From: an uncultured bacterium
GTDB lineage: Bacteria > Spirochaetota > Spirochaetia > Treponematales > Rectinemataceae
Assembly: GCA_963787185.1 (NCBI GenBank)
Contig: CAWBCC010000011.1
Location: 135,916 to 199,915 of the forward strand
Length of the DNA stretch: 64,000 nucleotides
Direction of reading: 5' to 3'
In this document: piece by piece, positions 10,838 to 20,600 of the stretch
How positions within the stretch are numbered: position 1 is the first letter of the stretch
Layout of the letters: each line of letters starts with the position of its first letter
Program-made: the position numbers and the translations under genes
Notes under the pieces: generated by a model
The model's database searches: none
What the model saw: the letters and a program-made list of their open reading frames with translations, nothing else
What the model was told of the DNA's origin: nothing

Positions 10838-11401
10838 ATGTCCGATGCGAAGCTTGAAAGCGAAAAAGACGCTCTCATCCAGGCAATAACGGAGGTCTAC
10901 GCGCACGGAGGCCTGGATATGGCCGCCTTCGAGGGCGCAGTCACGAGAATCAGCGCGTGCCCCGATTCCCGGGCCCTCGCGACGGAGGTCGAGACGCTGG
11001 GACTGGGCATGCCCCTTGTCCTGCCGGCAGTCGCGGACAGAAGGCTCGCGTCGGCGCCGCAGCGCGAAGCGATCCAGCTGGATTGCGTGAGCAGCAGTAT
11101 CAGCAAAAGCGGCGATTGGGTCGCATCGGGCAGCTATTGCGTCAGATTGAAATCCTCTTCGGCCAGGCTCGATTTGCGCGAATACGAGGGGGCGAAAGGC
11201 TTCCGACTCGTCATAGAGGTCGAGGCGACATCGAGCGTCCTCAGTCTCACGGTCCCCAGGGGCTTCCAGGTCGAGGATCGTTTCTCCGAGCGGGTCAGCA
11301 GCGCGGTCCGAAACAGGCCCAGAGGCGAAAGCTACGACGACAATCGCATCGTGCTGACCGGGAATCTCCGTTCATCCGTAGTGAAGGTAAAGTACCGTTG
11401 A
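10838..11401 (+). CDS. hypothetical protein with DUF1707-like N-terminus and LiaF-like beta-rich C-terminus
   Basis: 187-aa ORF with SD-like CAGGAG upstream. The N-terminal SEKDALIQAITEVYAHGGLDMAAFEGAV resembles DUF1707 helices. The C-terminal part has repeated beta-strand patterns (SVLSLTVPRGFQVED...). The family call is tentative. Confidence 0.5.
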   Translation: MSDAKLESEKDALIQAITEVYAHGGLDMAAFEGAVTRISACPDSRALATEVETLGLGMPLVLPAVADRRLASAPQREAIQLDCVSSSISKSGDWVASGSYCVRLKSSSARLDLREYEGAKGFRLVIEVEATSSVLSLTVPRGFQVEDRFSERVSSAVRNRPRGESYDDNRIVLTGNLRSSVVKVKYR

Positions 11402-11489
11402 CCCGACTCTTTCGTGCCACGCCCTCGAAGATCGCCGATTCCTGAGCGACATGGATCACCCTAGGGAATGCAGGCTCGCGCGCCGGACC

Positions 11490-11538
11490 TTGGTGCGAAG
11501 AGAGTTTCGTGCTATATTATGAATGAACATTCGTTCAT
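11490..11538 (+). promoter_or_regulatory. candidate sigma70-type promoter with overlapping operator-like palindrome upstream of the epimerase gene
   Basis: TTGGTG (11490-11495), 17-nt spacer, TATATT (11513-11518), then inverted repeat ATGAAC-ATTC-GTTCAT (11523-11538), about 20 nt before the ATG at 11559. A TetR gene lies at the other end of the epimerase gene. Confidence 0.35.
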
Positions 11539-11558
11539 CATGAGGGAGTGCGGCTACG

Positions 11559-12578
11559 ATGCGAGTCCTCATTACCGGCGCTTTTGGAAACGTGGGAACC
11601 AGCGCTGTCTCGGCCCTGCTCGCGGCCGGTGACGATCTGGTCATATTCGAAGCGGATACGCCCGCCAACCGACGCAAGGCCCGACGCATGGCGAGGGAGT
11701 GGCGGGATAGGGGACGAGAAAAAAGGGCGCGCGTGCTTTTCGGCGACGTCCGCGATCGAAGTGCGCTCGGCGATGCGGTGCCGGGCTGTCAGGCCGTCGT
11801 GCATCTCGCGGCCGTCATCCCTCCTCTCGCCGATAAGAAGCCGGACCTCGCCCGATCGGTGAATATCGAGGGAACGGCGGCTTTGATCGAGGCGTGCCGC
11901 GCCTTGTCGGGCGCGCCGCCCCGCCTGGTATTGGCGTCGAGCATCGCAATCTACGGGGACCGCGTCAGCGACTTTTGGATATGCCGCGACGATCCGCTCC
12001 ACCCGAGTCCCGGCGACGAATACGGCCGGAGCAAGGTCGAAGCCGAGAGTCTGGTGCGGCACAGCGGCCTGCCCTTTTCGGTACTCAGACTTTCCTACGT
12101 CGTTTCGAGGAAGAAACTCGATCCCGATCCCCTGCTCTTCCATATGCCGCTCGCCACGAAAATCGAGATATGCCACACCGAAGACGTAGGCCGCGCATTC
12201 GCCGCGGCGGTACGCGAGGACGCAGCCCTCGGCGCCATTTTCAACATCGGGGGCGGCCCATCCTGCCGGACCACCTATCACGACTACCTCGACCGGATGT
12301 TTCGACTTTTCGGTTTGGGTGGGGCGGCTTGGCTGCCCGAAAGGGCCTTCGCGCGCTCCGGGTTCCACTGCGGCTGGTACGCAGACTCGGACCGGGCCGA
12401 AGCCGTACTCAGGTTCCAGCACAAAGGACTCCGCGAGTATTACGAAGAAGTGCGGGAAGAGGCTCGATGGATCCGCCTTGGGGCGGGTCTGGCCGCTCCG
12501 ATTCTGCGCGCAAAGCTCCTCGCGTCGAGTCCGTTCTGGGGATCGGGCCCGAGCCGCGCCGCCGCGCCGACGGGCTAG
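11559..12578 (+). CDS. NAD-dependent epimerase/dehydratase family protein
   Basis: 339 aa. The N-terminal Rossmann motif is MRVLITGAFGNVGTSAV, with SDR-extended architecture. Confidence 0.8.
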   Translation: MRVLITGAFGNVGTSAVSALLAAGDDLVIFEADTPANRRKARRMAREWRDRGREKRARVLFGDVRDRSALGDAVPGCQAVVHLAAVIPPLADKKPDLARSVNIEGTAALIEACRALSGAPPRLVLASSIAIYGDRVSDFWICRDDPLHPSPGDEYGRSKVEAESLVRHSGLPFSVLRLSYVVSRKKLDPDPLLFHMPLATKIEICHTEDVGRAFAAAVREDAALGAIFNIGGGPSCRTTYHDYLDRMFRLFGLGGAAWLPERAFARSGFHCGWYADSDRAEAVLRFQHKGLREYYEEVREEARWIRLGAGLAAPILRAKLLASSPFWGSGPSRAAAPTG

Positions 12579-13207
12579 GCTTCATCGACGAGCAATGCAG
12601 GATCGAGACGCAGACCGAACGTGTTCTCTATCGAAAAGCCGATAAAATCGACTATATCGACCTGGTCGAAACCCAGGGTGGCGCTGCGCGAAAGCCGCAC
12701 CGAGTCGAGGGCCCCGAGAAAGTAGAGCGACAGCGCGGCCATGGCGCGATGCTGCGGAAAATCGAATGACAGACCATGCCTGTGCGCGAGATCGGCCAAA
12801 AGGCCGACGACGAGCGTGGCCAGTCGTTCGAGTTTCTGCGCGAGCCCGACCGACTCGTAACCGCCGGGAAGCCGCCAAGCCTCGGAGACGATGAGGGCTA
12901 TGAGATCGACATCTTTGAAGAGCTCCGGCAAAAACCTGTAGACGATCAGGGCCAGTCCTTTTTCCGGACTGGCCGCCGAGGCGAGCGCAGCCGAAAGGCT
13001 TCCGAAGAAGCTTTCCCAGCCCTCTTCGATCACCGCGCGGGCGAGTGCGTCCTTGTTTTCGAAATAGGTGTAGATCGAGCCGACGGGCAGGTCGATATCG
13101 CTCGCGAGCTCGGACATGGAAACACCGTTGAAGCCCCGCTCGGCGAAAAGCCGTTTGGCCGCGCCGAGAATGGCCTGTCGTTTCGCCTCGTCTTTTTCGC
13201 GCGCCAT
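12575..13207 (-). CDS. TetR/AcrR family transcriptional regulator
   Basis: Internal ATG (13207-13205) of the 420-aa track ORF gives MAREKDEAKRQAILGAAKRLFAERGFNGVSMSELASDIDLPVGSIYTYFENKDAL, a canonical TetR HTH. The upstream 210 codons are Arg/Pro/His-rich and look non-coding. The gene converges on the epimerase gene with a 4-nt overlap. Confidence 0.85.
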   Translation of the reverse strand: MAREKDEAKRQAILGAAKRLFAERGFNGVSMSELASDIDLPVGSIYTYFENKDALARAVIEEGWESFFGSLSAALASAASPEKGLALIVYRFLPELFKDVDLIALIVSEAWRLPGGYESVGLAQKLERLATLVVGLLADLAHRHGLSFDFPQHRAMAALSLYFLGALDSVRLSRSATLGFDQVDIVDFIGFSIENTFGLRLDPALLVDEA

Positions 13208-13212
13208 TGGAC

Positions 13213-13722
13213 TCAGAGTCCTTCGAAGACACCTTTCTCGCGATTCTTGCGCACCTTGTCCCAAGGGAAGACCCGGCCGTTCATGACGAGGTACACACCC
13301 TGCGGCATGAGCTGTACGGCCATGAAGGCCGTGCCGAAATTGAAAAGCGCGTCCGAACCCTGAACCTTGTACGGGATCATGGCGCCCGTCAGGACTATTG
13401 TCTTGGCCAGAGCGGCGGGCCCCAGGAGCCGGGCGGTTTCGGCCATGGTATCGGTGCCGTGGGTGATGATGATATGGTCCTCGGCCGCCGAACGGCAGGC
13501 TTCCAGGACGCTCTGCCTGTTTGCTTCCTGCATCTGGAGGCTGTCGATGAGCTGGTTGAGTTCGACCTCGACGGGCAGGGTGACGCGAGTAAGGCTGAGT
13601 ATCTCGGGGAGGTGACTCTCTTTGAAAGTGAGCTCCCCTCTGATTTCGTCGTAGTGTTTGTCGAAGGTCCCCCCGGTGACGATGACGCGGATGGGCGTTT
13701 GCTGCATCATTCGAGTATGCAC
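13213..13722 (-). CDS. asparaginase-domain protein (short, N-terminal-domain-only type)
   Basis: 169 aa. IRVIVTGGTFDK and IIITHGTDTMAETA match the threonine-containing motifs of the L-asparaginase N-terminal domain. It lies 5 nt upstream of the TetR gene. Confidence 0.65.
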   Translation of the reverse strand: MHTRMMQQTPIRVIVTGGTFDKHYDEIRGELTFKESHLPEILSLTRVTLPVEVELNQLIDSLQMQEANRQSVLEACRSAAEDHIIITHGTDTMAETARLLGPAALAKTIVLTGAMIPYKVQGSDALFNFGTAFMAVQLMPQGVYLVMNGRVFPWDKVRKNREKGVFEGL

Positions 13723-13771
13723 CGGAGCGAGGCTTTGGGCAAGCCGAAAGCGAAAGGCGCCGGATGAGGGC

Positions 13772-13799
13772 TTGACGCTTTCCCCGATCCGAATACAAT
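13772..13799 (+). promoter_or_regulatory. candidate sigma70-type promoter for the lytic transglycosylase gene
   Basis: TTGACG (13772-13777), 16-nt spacer, TACAAT (13794-13799). AAAAGGAG SD precedes the ATG at 13856. Confidence 0.4.
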
Positions 13800-13855
13800 A
13801 CCCCCTCTGTCGGGTTATTTCCGGAAATCTTTAACAAAAGGAGCGATTATTACGC

Positions 13856-14626
13856 ATGAAGCATCGGTTCCGTAGGAGTTCAACACGTTTTTTTATCGCA
13901 TCTATACTGGCATCGCTCTTGCTCTCCTGTTCCCGGCTGTCGTTTCAGGCTCCAGGCGATCCCGGCCTGCATTTTGCGCCTATCGGCGCGGCGATCGACA
14001 CCGATGAGCTACCCATCTACATCGTTTCCCTCGACAACATCGACCCGGTCGCTCCCCTCTATCAGGACCGAGTCATGCGGGAAGACTGCCTCGATTTCTT
14101 CACCGCCCTCACGGGATCGGCGCCGGCCGCGAAGGCCATTCTCGACAATGCCGAACGTTTTCAGGTGCCCGCTTCTCTGGCCTTCGCTCTCGCCTTCGAA
14201 GAGAGCCATTTCCAGGCGGATGCGATCAACCGCAACGGCAGCTCGATCGACCGGGGCCTCTTCCAGCTCAATTCGCGCAGTTTCCCCGAGCTCAGGACGG
14301 CGGACTTCTACAATCCGGAAATCAACTCCCGCTATGGCCTGGCTCATCTGCATTACTGCCTGACCGCCAGCGGCAACGAGGTGACCGCCCTCGCCATGTA
14401 CAATGCGGGACGCAGCAGCGTGAACAACGGAGTGACACCCCGCCGAACCCTCGATTATGTGTCGCGCATCATCAAATACGAAAGAAATATCCGGACACTC
14501 TTCGAGGTCAAGGTGGTTTCGCACGCCGCGGGCGTCAGAGCCTCGGCTTCCGATGCGAGCTCGCAAGCCTTCGTTCCGGCCGCGGGGCTGTCGCTCAGTT
14601 TTGCCCCGGGTCAGATGCAGCACTAG
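13856..14626 (+). CDS. lytic transglycosylase (SLT domain) with signal peptide
   Basis: 256 aa with an N-terminal hydrophobic signal/lipobox-like segment (ILASLLLSCS). The catalytic region is AFEESHFQADAINRNGSSIDRGLFQLNSRSF ... AMYNAG. Confidence 0.85.
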   Translation: MKHRFRRSSTRFFIASILASLLLSCSRLSFQAPGDPGLHFAPIGAAIDTDELPIYIVSLDNIDPVAPLYQDRVMREDCLDFFTALTGSAPAAKAILDNAERFQVPASLAFALAFEESHFQADAINRNGSSIDRGLFQLNSRSFPELRTADFYNPEINSRYGLAHLHYCLTASGNEVTALAMYNAGRSSVNNGVTPRRTLDYVSRIIKYERNIRTLFEVKVVSHAAGVRASASDASSQAFVPAAGLSLSFAPGQMQH

Positions 14627-14731
14627 CGGGAGAAGTCGAGGCACGGGGACATCGTAGGGAGGAATTCGTTCCTGTCTCAGGCGGGCACCACCCGTAGGCG
14701 GCGAGTGCCCGGCAGGGGCCCCTTCCGCGAA

Positions 14732-15514
14732 TCAGCGCCTGAGGTTCCAGCTCGGCGAAGAATAGAGGCTCCGCGCCGCCTCACGGCCCGCGGCGAGCTC
14801 TTCCGCGCTGAGTGCGCCGGAGGCCAGCCGCACCCCGCAGCTGGCCTCCCAAGCCGCGGAAAATCCTCTCTCGAGGGCGCGAACGCCTTCTTCGTAACCG
14901 ACTTCCCGGCCCAGAGCCTCGCGCAGTCCCACGACCCGCTTCTTCACGTCGGCTATCAGCTTTCCTTTCAGTTTTTCCGACGGCACCTTGAGGAGGGCGA
15001 ACATCCGCTCGGGGTCGACCTCGAGAAGGATGGTGCCGTGCTGGAGCAGGCAACCCATCTTCCGGGTTTGAGCGTTGCCCGAGATTTTGCGAGCCGCGAC
15101 GCCCCGGCCGAGCGCGATGTCGTTGATCGGGGAAAACACGGCATCGAGGCCCATGAGGCCCAGTCCGGCGAGAAGGCCCGCACAGACTCTCCGGTACGAC
15201 TCGAGGATATCGGCCGGCGCGAGATAGCCACCCTCGGGGACGATGACGGAGTAGGTGATTTCCCGAGAATGGAATACGGCTCCGCCCCCGGTGACGCGAC
15301 GTACCGTATCGACCCCCGCCTCGCGGCAGGCCTCGAGATCGACCTCGTCGGCCATGGATTGAAAGTAACCGATCGTCACGCACTCCGGCGACCAGCCGTA
15401 AAACCTCAAGGTGGGCGGCGACATGCCCGCGGCCACTGAGCGCAGGACGGCTTCGTCCAACCCCATATTGAGGCTGCCTGGCGAATCTCCGGTATCGAGC
15501 AGCCTGATTGTCAC
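14732..15514 (-). CDS. lplA: lipoate--protein ligase, catalytic (BPL/LPL) domain protein
   Basis: 260 aa with a GTG start overlapping the upstream stop (GTGA). LNMGLDEAVL ... TLRFYGWSPECVTIGYFQ ... RRVTGGGAVFH is typical of the LplA/LipM catalytic domain. Confidence 0.85.
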   Translation of the reverse strand: MTIRLLDTGDSPGSLNMGLDEAVLRSVAAGMSPPTLRFYGWSPECVTIGYFQSMADEVDLEACREAGVDTVRRVTGGGAVFHSREITYSVIVPEGGYLAPADILESYRRVCAGLLAGLGLMGLDAVFSPINDIALGRGVAARKISGNAQTRKMGCLLQHGTILLEVDPERMFALLKVPSEKLKGKLIADVKKRVVGLREALGREVGYEEGVRALERGFSAAWEASCGVRLASGALSAEELAAGREAARSLYSSPSWNLRR

Positions 15515-15816
15515 GGCGCGCCTCCGGTCGAGTCGCCGCTACCTGCGTCGACGGCTCGCAAAAGCGCCTCGGCTATGTCGGCGGGAGCGGCGCCGAAGAT
15601 GACGAGCCCTTCTCGCGAGAAGGCCGCCGCAGCCGCCGCGGGAAGCTCCTCGACGCCGCGCCCCGCCAGGCTCGCCTCGGCCTCCTCGAAGAGCTCTTCC
15701 GGATGGGCGAAGAAATCGCCCGATATTTTGACGCGACGGGCCCGGCCCGACTCGATAGCCACTGCCACCCTGATGAGTTTTCCCCCCGGCACTTTGTAAT
15801 CGATCCGCCTTTCCAT
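15511..15816 (-). CDS. lipoate protein ligase C-terminal domain protein (LplB-like accessory subunit)
   Basis: Internal ATG (15816-15814) of the 394-aa track ORF gives the 101-aa MERRIDYKVPGGKLIRVAVAIESGRARRVKISGDFFAHPEE..., matching the LplA C-terminal domain encoded as a separate polypeptide. The upstream part of the track ORF is Arg-rich shadow. Confidence 0.7.
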   Translation of the reverse strand: MERRIDYKVPGGKLIRVAVAIESGRARRVKISGDFFAHPEELFEEAEASLAGRGVEELPAAAAAAFSREGLVIFGAAPADIAEALLRAVDAGSGDSTGGAP

Positions 15817-15830
15817 TCGATGCGTTATCC

Positions 15831-16733
15831 CTATTTCCCGGGATTCACGGCGCCCGAGGACGCGGTATCCTCGAAAACCTGGCGCGCATGGTAGCTCGTG
15901 CGCGCCAGTGGAGCGGCCACGACGGATACGAAACCCCGTGCGCGCGCGGCCGCGGCGTAGTCCTCGAAGGCCTCGGGGCTGAGATAGGAGAGGACCGGAA
16001 TCTGAGAGGGCGTCGGGCGCAGATACTGCCCGAGCACGAGGCTCGAGCAGCCGACGGCGAGCAAGTCGTCCATCGCGACGAGGACTTCGTCGCGCTTCTC
16101 GCCCAAACCGAGGAGGAGGCTGGACTTGACGATGGGCGAAACGTCTACGGCCGAGGAGAGGAGGGCCAATGTCCGGAGGCTCGCGGCATAGGTGGCGCGG
16201 CGATCGCGGACACCCTGGAGGCGCTCGACCGTCTCGATATTGTGCGCCACGACATCGGGCCGCGCATCGACGATCGATTCGATCTCGCCTTCCCGGTAGT
16301 CGGGGATGAGCGCCTCCACGCGGATCTCGGGGTTCCCGGCCTTGACGGCCCGAAGGCAGGCTCCGAAGTGCGCGGCGCCGCGGTCCGGCAGATCGTCGCG
16401 GTCGACGCTCGTGATTACCGCGTACTTGAGCCCGAGTTCGGCCACTGCCTGGGCGAGCTGCTCGGGCTCTTCGGCGCGCAGCGGCTCGCCCGTCGAGGCG
16501 TGGGTCACCGCGCAGAAGCGGCAGGCCCGCGTGCACACCGAACCGAGGACCATGAAGGTCGCCGTAGAGGCTCCCCAACATTCGGCCTTGTTGGGACAGC
16601 GCGCCGAATCGCAGACCGTGGCGAGTCCTCTCGCGGCCATGAGACCGGAGAGTCGATGCCAGTTTTCGCCGGCGGGAATCTTCACCTTGAGCCAATCGGG
16701 CTTGCGCCCGGCGAAAGCGGATCCGCTCTTCAT
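15831..16733 (-). CDS. lipA: lipoyl synthase
   Basis: 300 aa with both cysteine clusters: CDSARCPNKAEC (auxiliary) and CTRACRFC (radical-SAM). The start overlaps the TetR stop (ATGA). Confidence 0.93.
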   Translation of the reverse strand: MKSGSAFAGRKPDWLKVKIPAGENWHRLSGLMAARGLATVCDSARCPNKAECWGASTATFMVLGSVCTRACRFCAVTHASTGEPLRAEEPEQLAQAVAELGLKYAVITSVDRDDLPDRGAAHFGACLRAVKAGNPEIRVEALIPDYREGEIESIVDARPDVVAHNIETVERLQGVRDRRATYAASLRTLALLSSAVDVSPIVKSSLLLGLGEKRDEVLVAMDDLLAVGCSSLVLGQYLRPTPSQIPVLSYLSPEAFEDYAAAARARGFVSVVAAPLARTSYHARQVFEDTASSGAVNPGK

Positions 16734-17497
16734 GGGCGCGCCCTTTCCCCGCTTTCGCGATTGGCCTCGCGCCGGAGCTCGTGCGAGTCTTCGCGTCCGC
16801 CCGAACGGGAGGCGCGTCGTCCCGCCGTCGCGCGACGACGGACGGGCGCGCGTTCGACGATCTGGTCGGCCGACATGGACTCCGAACGACCGAGGGGCGG
16901 ACTCAGGCGCGAGGCGAAGAAGCCGACCGCCTGCGCGAGATTTCCGGCGTCGGTATTGCCCAGCACCGCGATGCGGAAGATTGCCGACTCGATAATCGCA
17001 TAGAGAATATCGCCGGCCGATTTGACGGGGAAGGCCGCGAACTCGCCGGAACGCTGCCCTTCGATGATCAGGCCCGAAAGAATATGGCGCATGCGGATCG
17101 TTCGACGGCGGACCCGCTCGTCCGGGTTGCCGCCGGAAGCCTTGATATGGCCCAGATAGTCCATCACCACTCCGAGAAGCTTCGCGTTCTTGGCGCAGAC
17201 GTCGATGACCTGGGAGACCACGGCGGCAAGCTTGTCCGTCTGGCTCCGCCCCGAGTCGGCCGCGATGAGCAGGAGCTCGCTTTCGAGCTTCTCCGAGAAA
17301 AGCTTGATGCTGAACGTGAATATCTCGCGCTTGTTCTTGAAGTAGATGTAGAGAATGGTGCGGGTAATGCCGCAGCGCTCCGCGATCTTCTGGAAGGTCG
17401 TATCTTCGTAGCCCTCATCGACGAAGACATCGAGCGCCTTTTCGAGAATTTCTCGTTTGCGTTTGTCGTGCTCGATCGTGATTGACATTTTTACCAC
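16730..17497 (-). CDS. TetR/AcrR family transcriptional regulator (long C-terminal tail)
   Basis: 255 aa. KRKREILEKALDVFVDEGYEDTTFQKIAERCGITRTILYIYFKNKREIF is a TetR HTH. It is the first gene of the lipA-lplA operon. Confidence 0.85.
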   Translation of the reverse strand: MVKMSITIEHDKRKREILEKALDVFVDEGYEDTTFQKIAERCGITRTILYIYFKNKREIFTFSIKLFSEKLESELLLIAADSGRSQTDKLAAVVSQVIDVCAKNAKLLGVVMDYLGHIKASGGNPDERVRRRTIRMRHILSGLIIEGQRSGEFAAFPVKSAGDILYAIIESAIFRIAVLGNTDAGNLAQAVGFFASRLSPPLGRSESMSADQIVERAPVRRRATAGRRASRSGGREDSHELRREANRESGERARP

Positions 17498-17671
17498 CCC
17501 CGTCGCAATGTAAGTATATAGTAAGGAAACAGTCTTCGGGAAGCGCTCGCTCCTCCCTTAATGCGGCAGCGCCTCTGTTTTCGAGGCTTCCTTCACCGGC
17601 ATTCCGTCTTGCGGCGACTCTTCCCTCAGGCTAGTATCGATTTATGGCGTGCCACGCCCAGGGGAGGTCCC

Positions 17672-20600
17672 ATGATCGCTGTCCGAAAGGCGCTCGTTGT
17701 ACGACTTGAGGCCATCGAAGGATCGGGACCTCTGATCCCGCGCCCCGGCGACAGAATCATGGAGTTCCACGTCTCCCGCGAGGCCAGGGATAGGCTGGGC
17801 CTGGACGTGACGCTTTTTCGATCCACGGGCAATCTGATTCTCCCCGACTTTCGCGCCGCAAGACTCCTGGCCCGGCAGATAAACGAAAAGGTCGATGCGG
17901 CCATACTGCCCGAAAGGGCGATTCGCGCGGGACGCCTCAACGCGATGGCTCTGATCGACGAAATACTCCACGATGTCGCCCGCCTTTTCAGGGAACGGGT
18001 CGATCCGGACGCGCTCGCGAAGGTACTCGCCGCGTTGGAGTCCGCGCTGGGACGGGAACGGCTCGACCGTCTTCTTCTGGCCTTCGTCGAGCTTTATCCG
18101 CCGCAGGCGGTATACCGCGGAGAGATCACGGCCGCTGCATGGCTCGCCGCGTTCTCGGCCCCGGGCGCCGGCTCGACGATGGCCGGAGCGGCCGCCGAGG
18201 CGAAGGGTAGCGGACGAAGAGTCGCCAATCGCGAACTCGCGGTCGAGGAGTTCCTCCTCCTGCGCCTCGCCAATGAGAATCCTGCCTTCGCCCCCTTCCG
18301 CTTTCTGTTCGACGAGGAGCTCATCGCCTCTCCCGGCTCCTCTCTCGCCGCCGACTACGCGGCCGCGATTCACGCGATCGAGAGCGGCTTCGCCGGCCTT
18401 CCCGCCTTCGGTCCCGACGCGCAGGATCTCGTCACGATGCTGCGCAGCCCGGCGGTGGCCGCGCCCTACTCCCTTCCCGGCCAGCTCGACTATATCCGCA
18501 CCCGCTGGGGCCTTCTCCTCGGCGACATACTGCTCCGCCTTCTCGGCGCCCTCGACCTCATCCGCGAAGAGGAGAAACCGCGATTCCCCGGCCCCGGCCC
18601 CACCCGCGCCTATGTCTATTCGGGAATGGAACGGGAATACGAACGCTTCACCGAAGACCGGGACTGGATGCCCAACGTCGTCATGATGGCCAAGAGTGCC
18701 CTCGTCTGGCTCCATCAGCTTTCGACATGGTACGGACGCGAGATCAGGACCCTGGACGGCATCCCGGAGGAAGAGCTCGACACCCTCGCCTCCCGCGGTT
18801 TCAATGCGCTCTGGCTCATCGGCCTCTGGGAGCGGAGCCAGGCGAGCGCGGAGATCAAGCGCCGCTGCGGCAATCCGGAGGCGGCCGCGAGCGCATACTC
18901 CCTCTTCGACTACGAGATCGCCGAGGAGCTCGGCGGATGGCCGGCCCTGGAGCGGCTCCGCGACAAGTGCATCTGGCGGGGCATCAGACTCGCGGCCGAC
19001 ATGGTCCCCAACCACACGGGTATCGATTCGGCGTGGGTTCGCGAACGCCCCGAGCTCTTCATCCAGTCGGATATCTGTCCCTTCCCCAGCTACAGGTTCA
19101 ACGGCGGCGACCTTTCGGGCGACGGCCGCACGGGCATCTGGCTCGAGGACCATTACTACGAAAGGACCGACGCTTCGGTCGTGTTCAAGCGCCTGGACCG
19201 CTCCACGGGGAGGGTGAGCTACATCTATCACGGCAATGACGGCACGGGCCTGCCCTGGAGCGACACGGCGCAGATCGACTTCCTCAAAAGCGAGGCCAGG
19301 GAGGCCGTGAAGGAACGCATTCTGCATGTGGCGCGGAATTTCCCCATAATCCGCTTCGACGCGGCCATGATAATGGCCAAGCGCCATTTCAGGCGACTCT
19401 GGTATCCCGAGCCGGGCCACGGAGGCGACATTCCTTCCCGCTCGGATCATGCGATATCCGCGCAGGACTTCGACGCCGCCATGCCCGAGGAGTTCTGGAG
19501 AGAGGTGGTGGACCTCTGCGCGGTGCAGGCCCCCGACACGCTCCTCCTCGCCGAGGCATTTTGGATGATGGAAGGCTATTTCGTCCGAACTCTCGGCATG
19601 CACCGCGTATACAACTCGGCCTTCATGAACATGCTGAAGCGGGAGGAGAACTCCAAGTACCGCGACACGATCAAGAATACCCAGGAGTTCGACAAGGACA
19701 TTCTCAAGCGCTTCGTCAACTTCATGAACAATCCCGACGAGGAGACCGCCGTCGCGCAATTCGGCAAGGGCGACAAATACTTCGGCGCATGCACGATGAT
19801 GGCGAGCATGCCCGGGCTGCCCATGTTCGGCCACGGGCAGCTCGAGGGCTTCGAGGAAAAGTACGGGATGGAATACCGCCGAGCGTACCGGGAGGAGATA
19901 CCGGATCGGGGGCTCATCGAACGCCACGAACGGGAGATATTCCCTCTCCTCAAGAAGCGCTATCTATTTTCGGGAGTGGAGCATTTCCTCCTCTACGACC
20001 TCGTCTCGCCCGACGGTTCGGTGAACGAGAATGTATTCGCATATTCGAACGGCTCGGGCGATGAAAGGGCGCTCATTCTGTACAACAACGCCTATTCCCG
20101 CGCAGACGGCCGCGTCCGCGAGTCCTGCTTCTTCGCCGAAAAAATGCCGGGGGGAAGCAAACATCATGCGAGGCGCACTCTCGCCGAGGCCTTCGGCCTT
20201 CGCAATGGCGGGAACGGCGGCGCGGGCGACGGTGCCGAGCGTTTCGCCGTCATGCGTGAACAGCGTTCCGGCCTATGGTACCTGCGCCGATCCGCCGAAC
20301 TCGCCGACTCGGGCCTCCACGTCATGCTCGACGGCTATCAGTCCCAGGCCTTCCTCGACATATTCGAGGTCGAGGACGGCGAGGATCGGCTCTACCGGCA
20401 GGTATGCGACGCATTGGGCGGCGCGGGCACCCCGGATCTCGCCGCGGCGCTGCAGGACGTGGCGCTCAAGGAGCTTTACGCCGTACTGGCCGCGCTGGTC
20501 ACTCCGGAGCTGCTCGACTGGGCGGGGGGCTCGTTCGCCCGGAGGCCGCCGCGACCGGAGGGACCGGGAAACGACCGCGCGCCAAGGCGAAAACCGCCGC

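Noticed and set aside
12575-13837. Full 420-aa track ORF as one gene. The same applies to 15511..16695, 35423.. and the N-terminal extensions of 47042..47818, 49032..50645, 53439..54842 and 32340..35543
   Set aside because: The N-terminal extensions are Arg/His/Pro-rich, overlap neighbouring genes or repeats, and precede internal starts that have SD sequences and coincide with the beginning of family homology.
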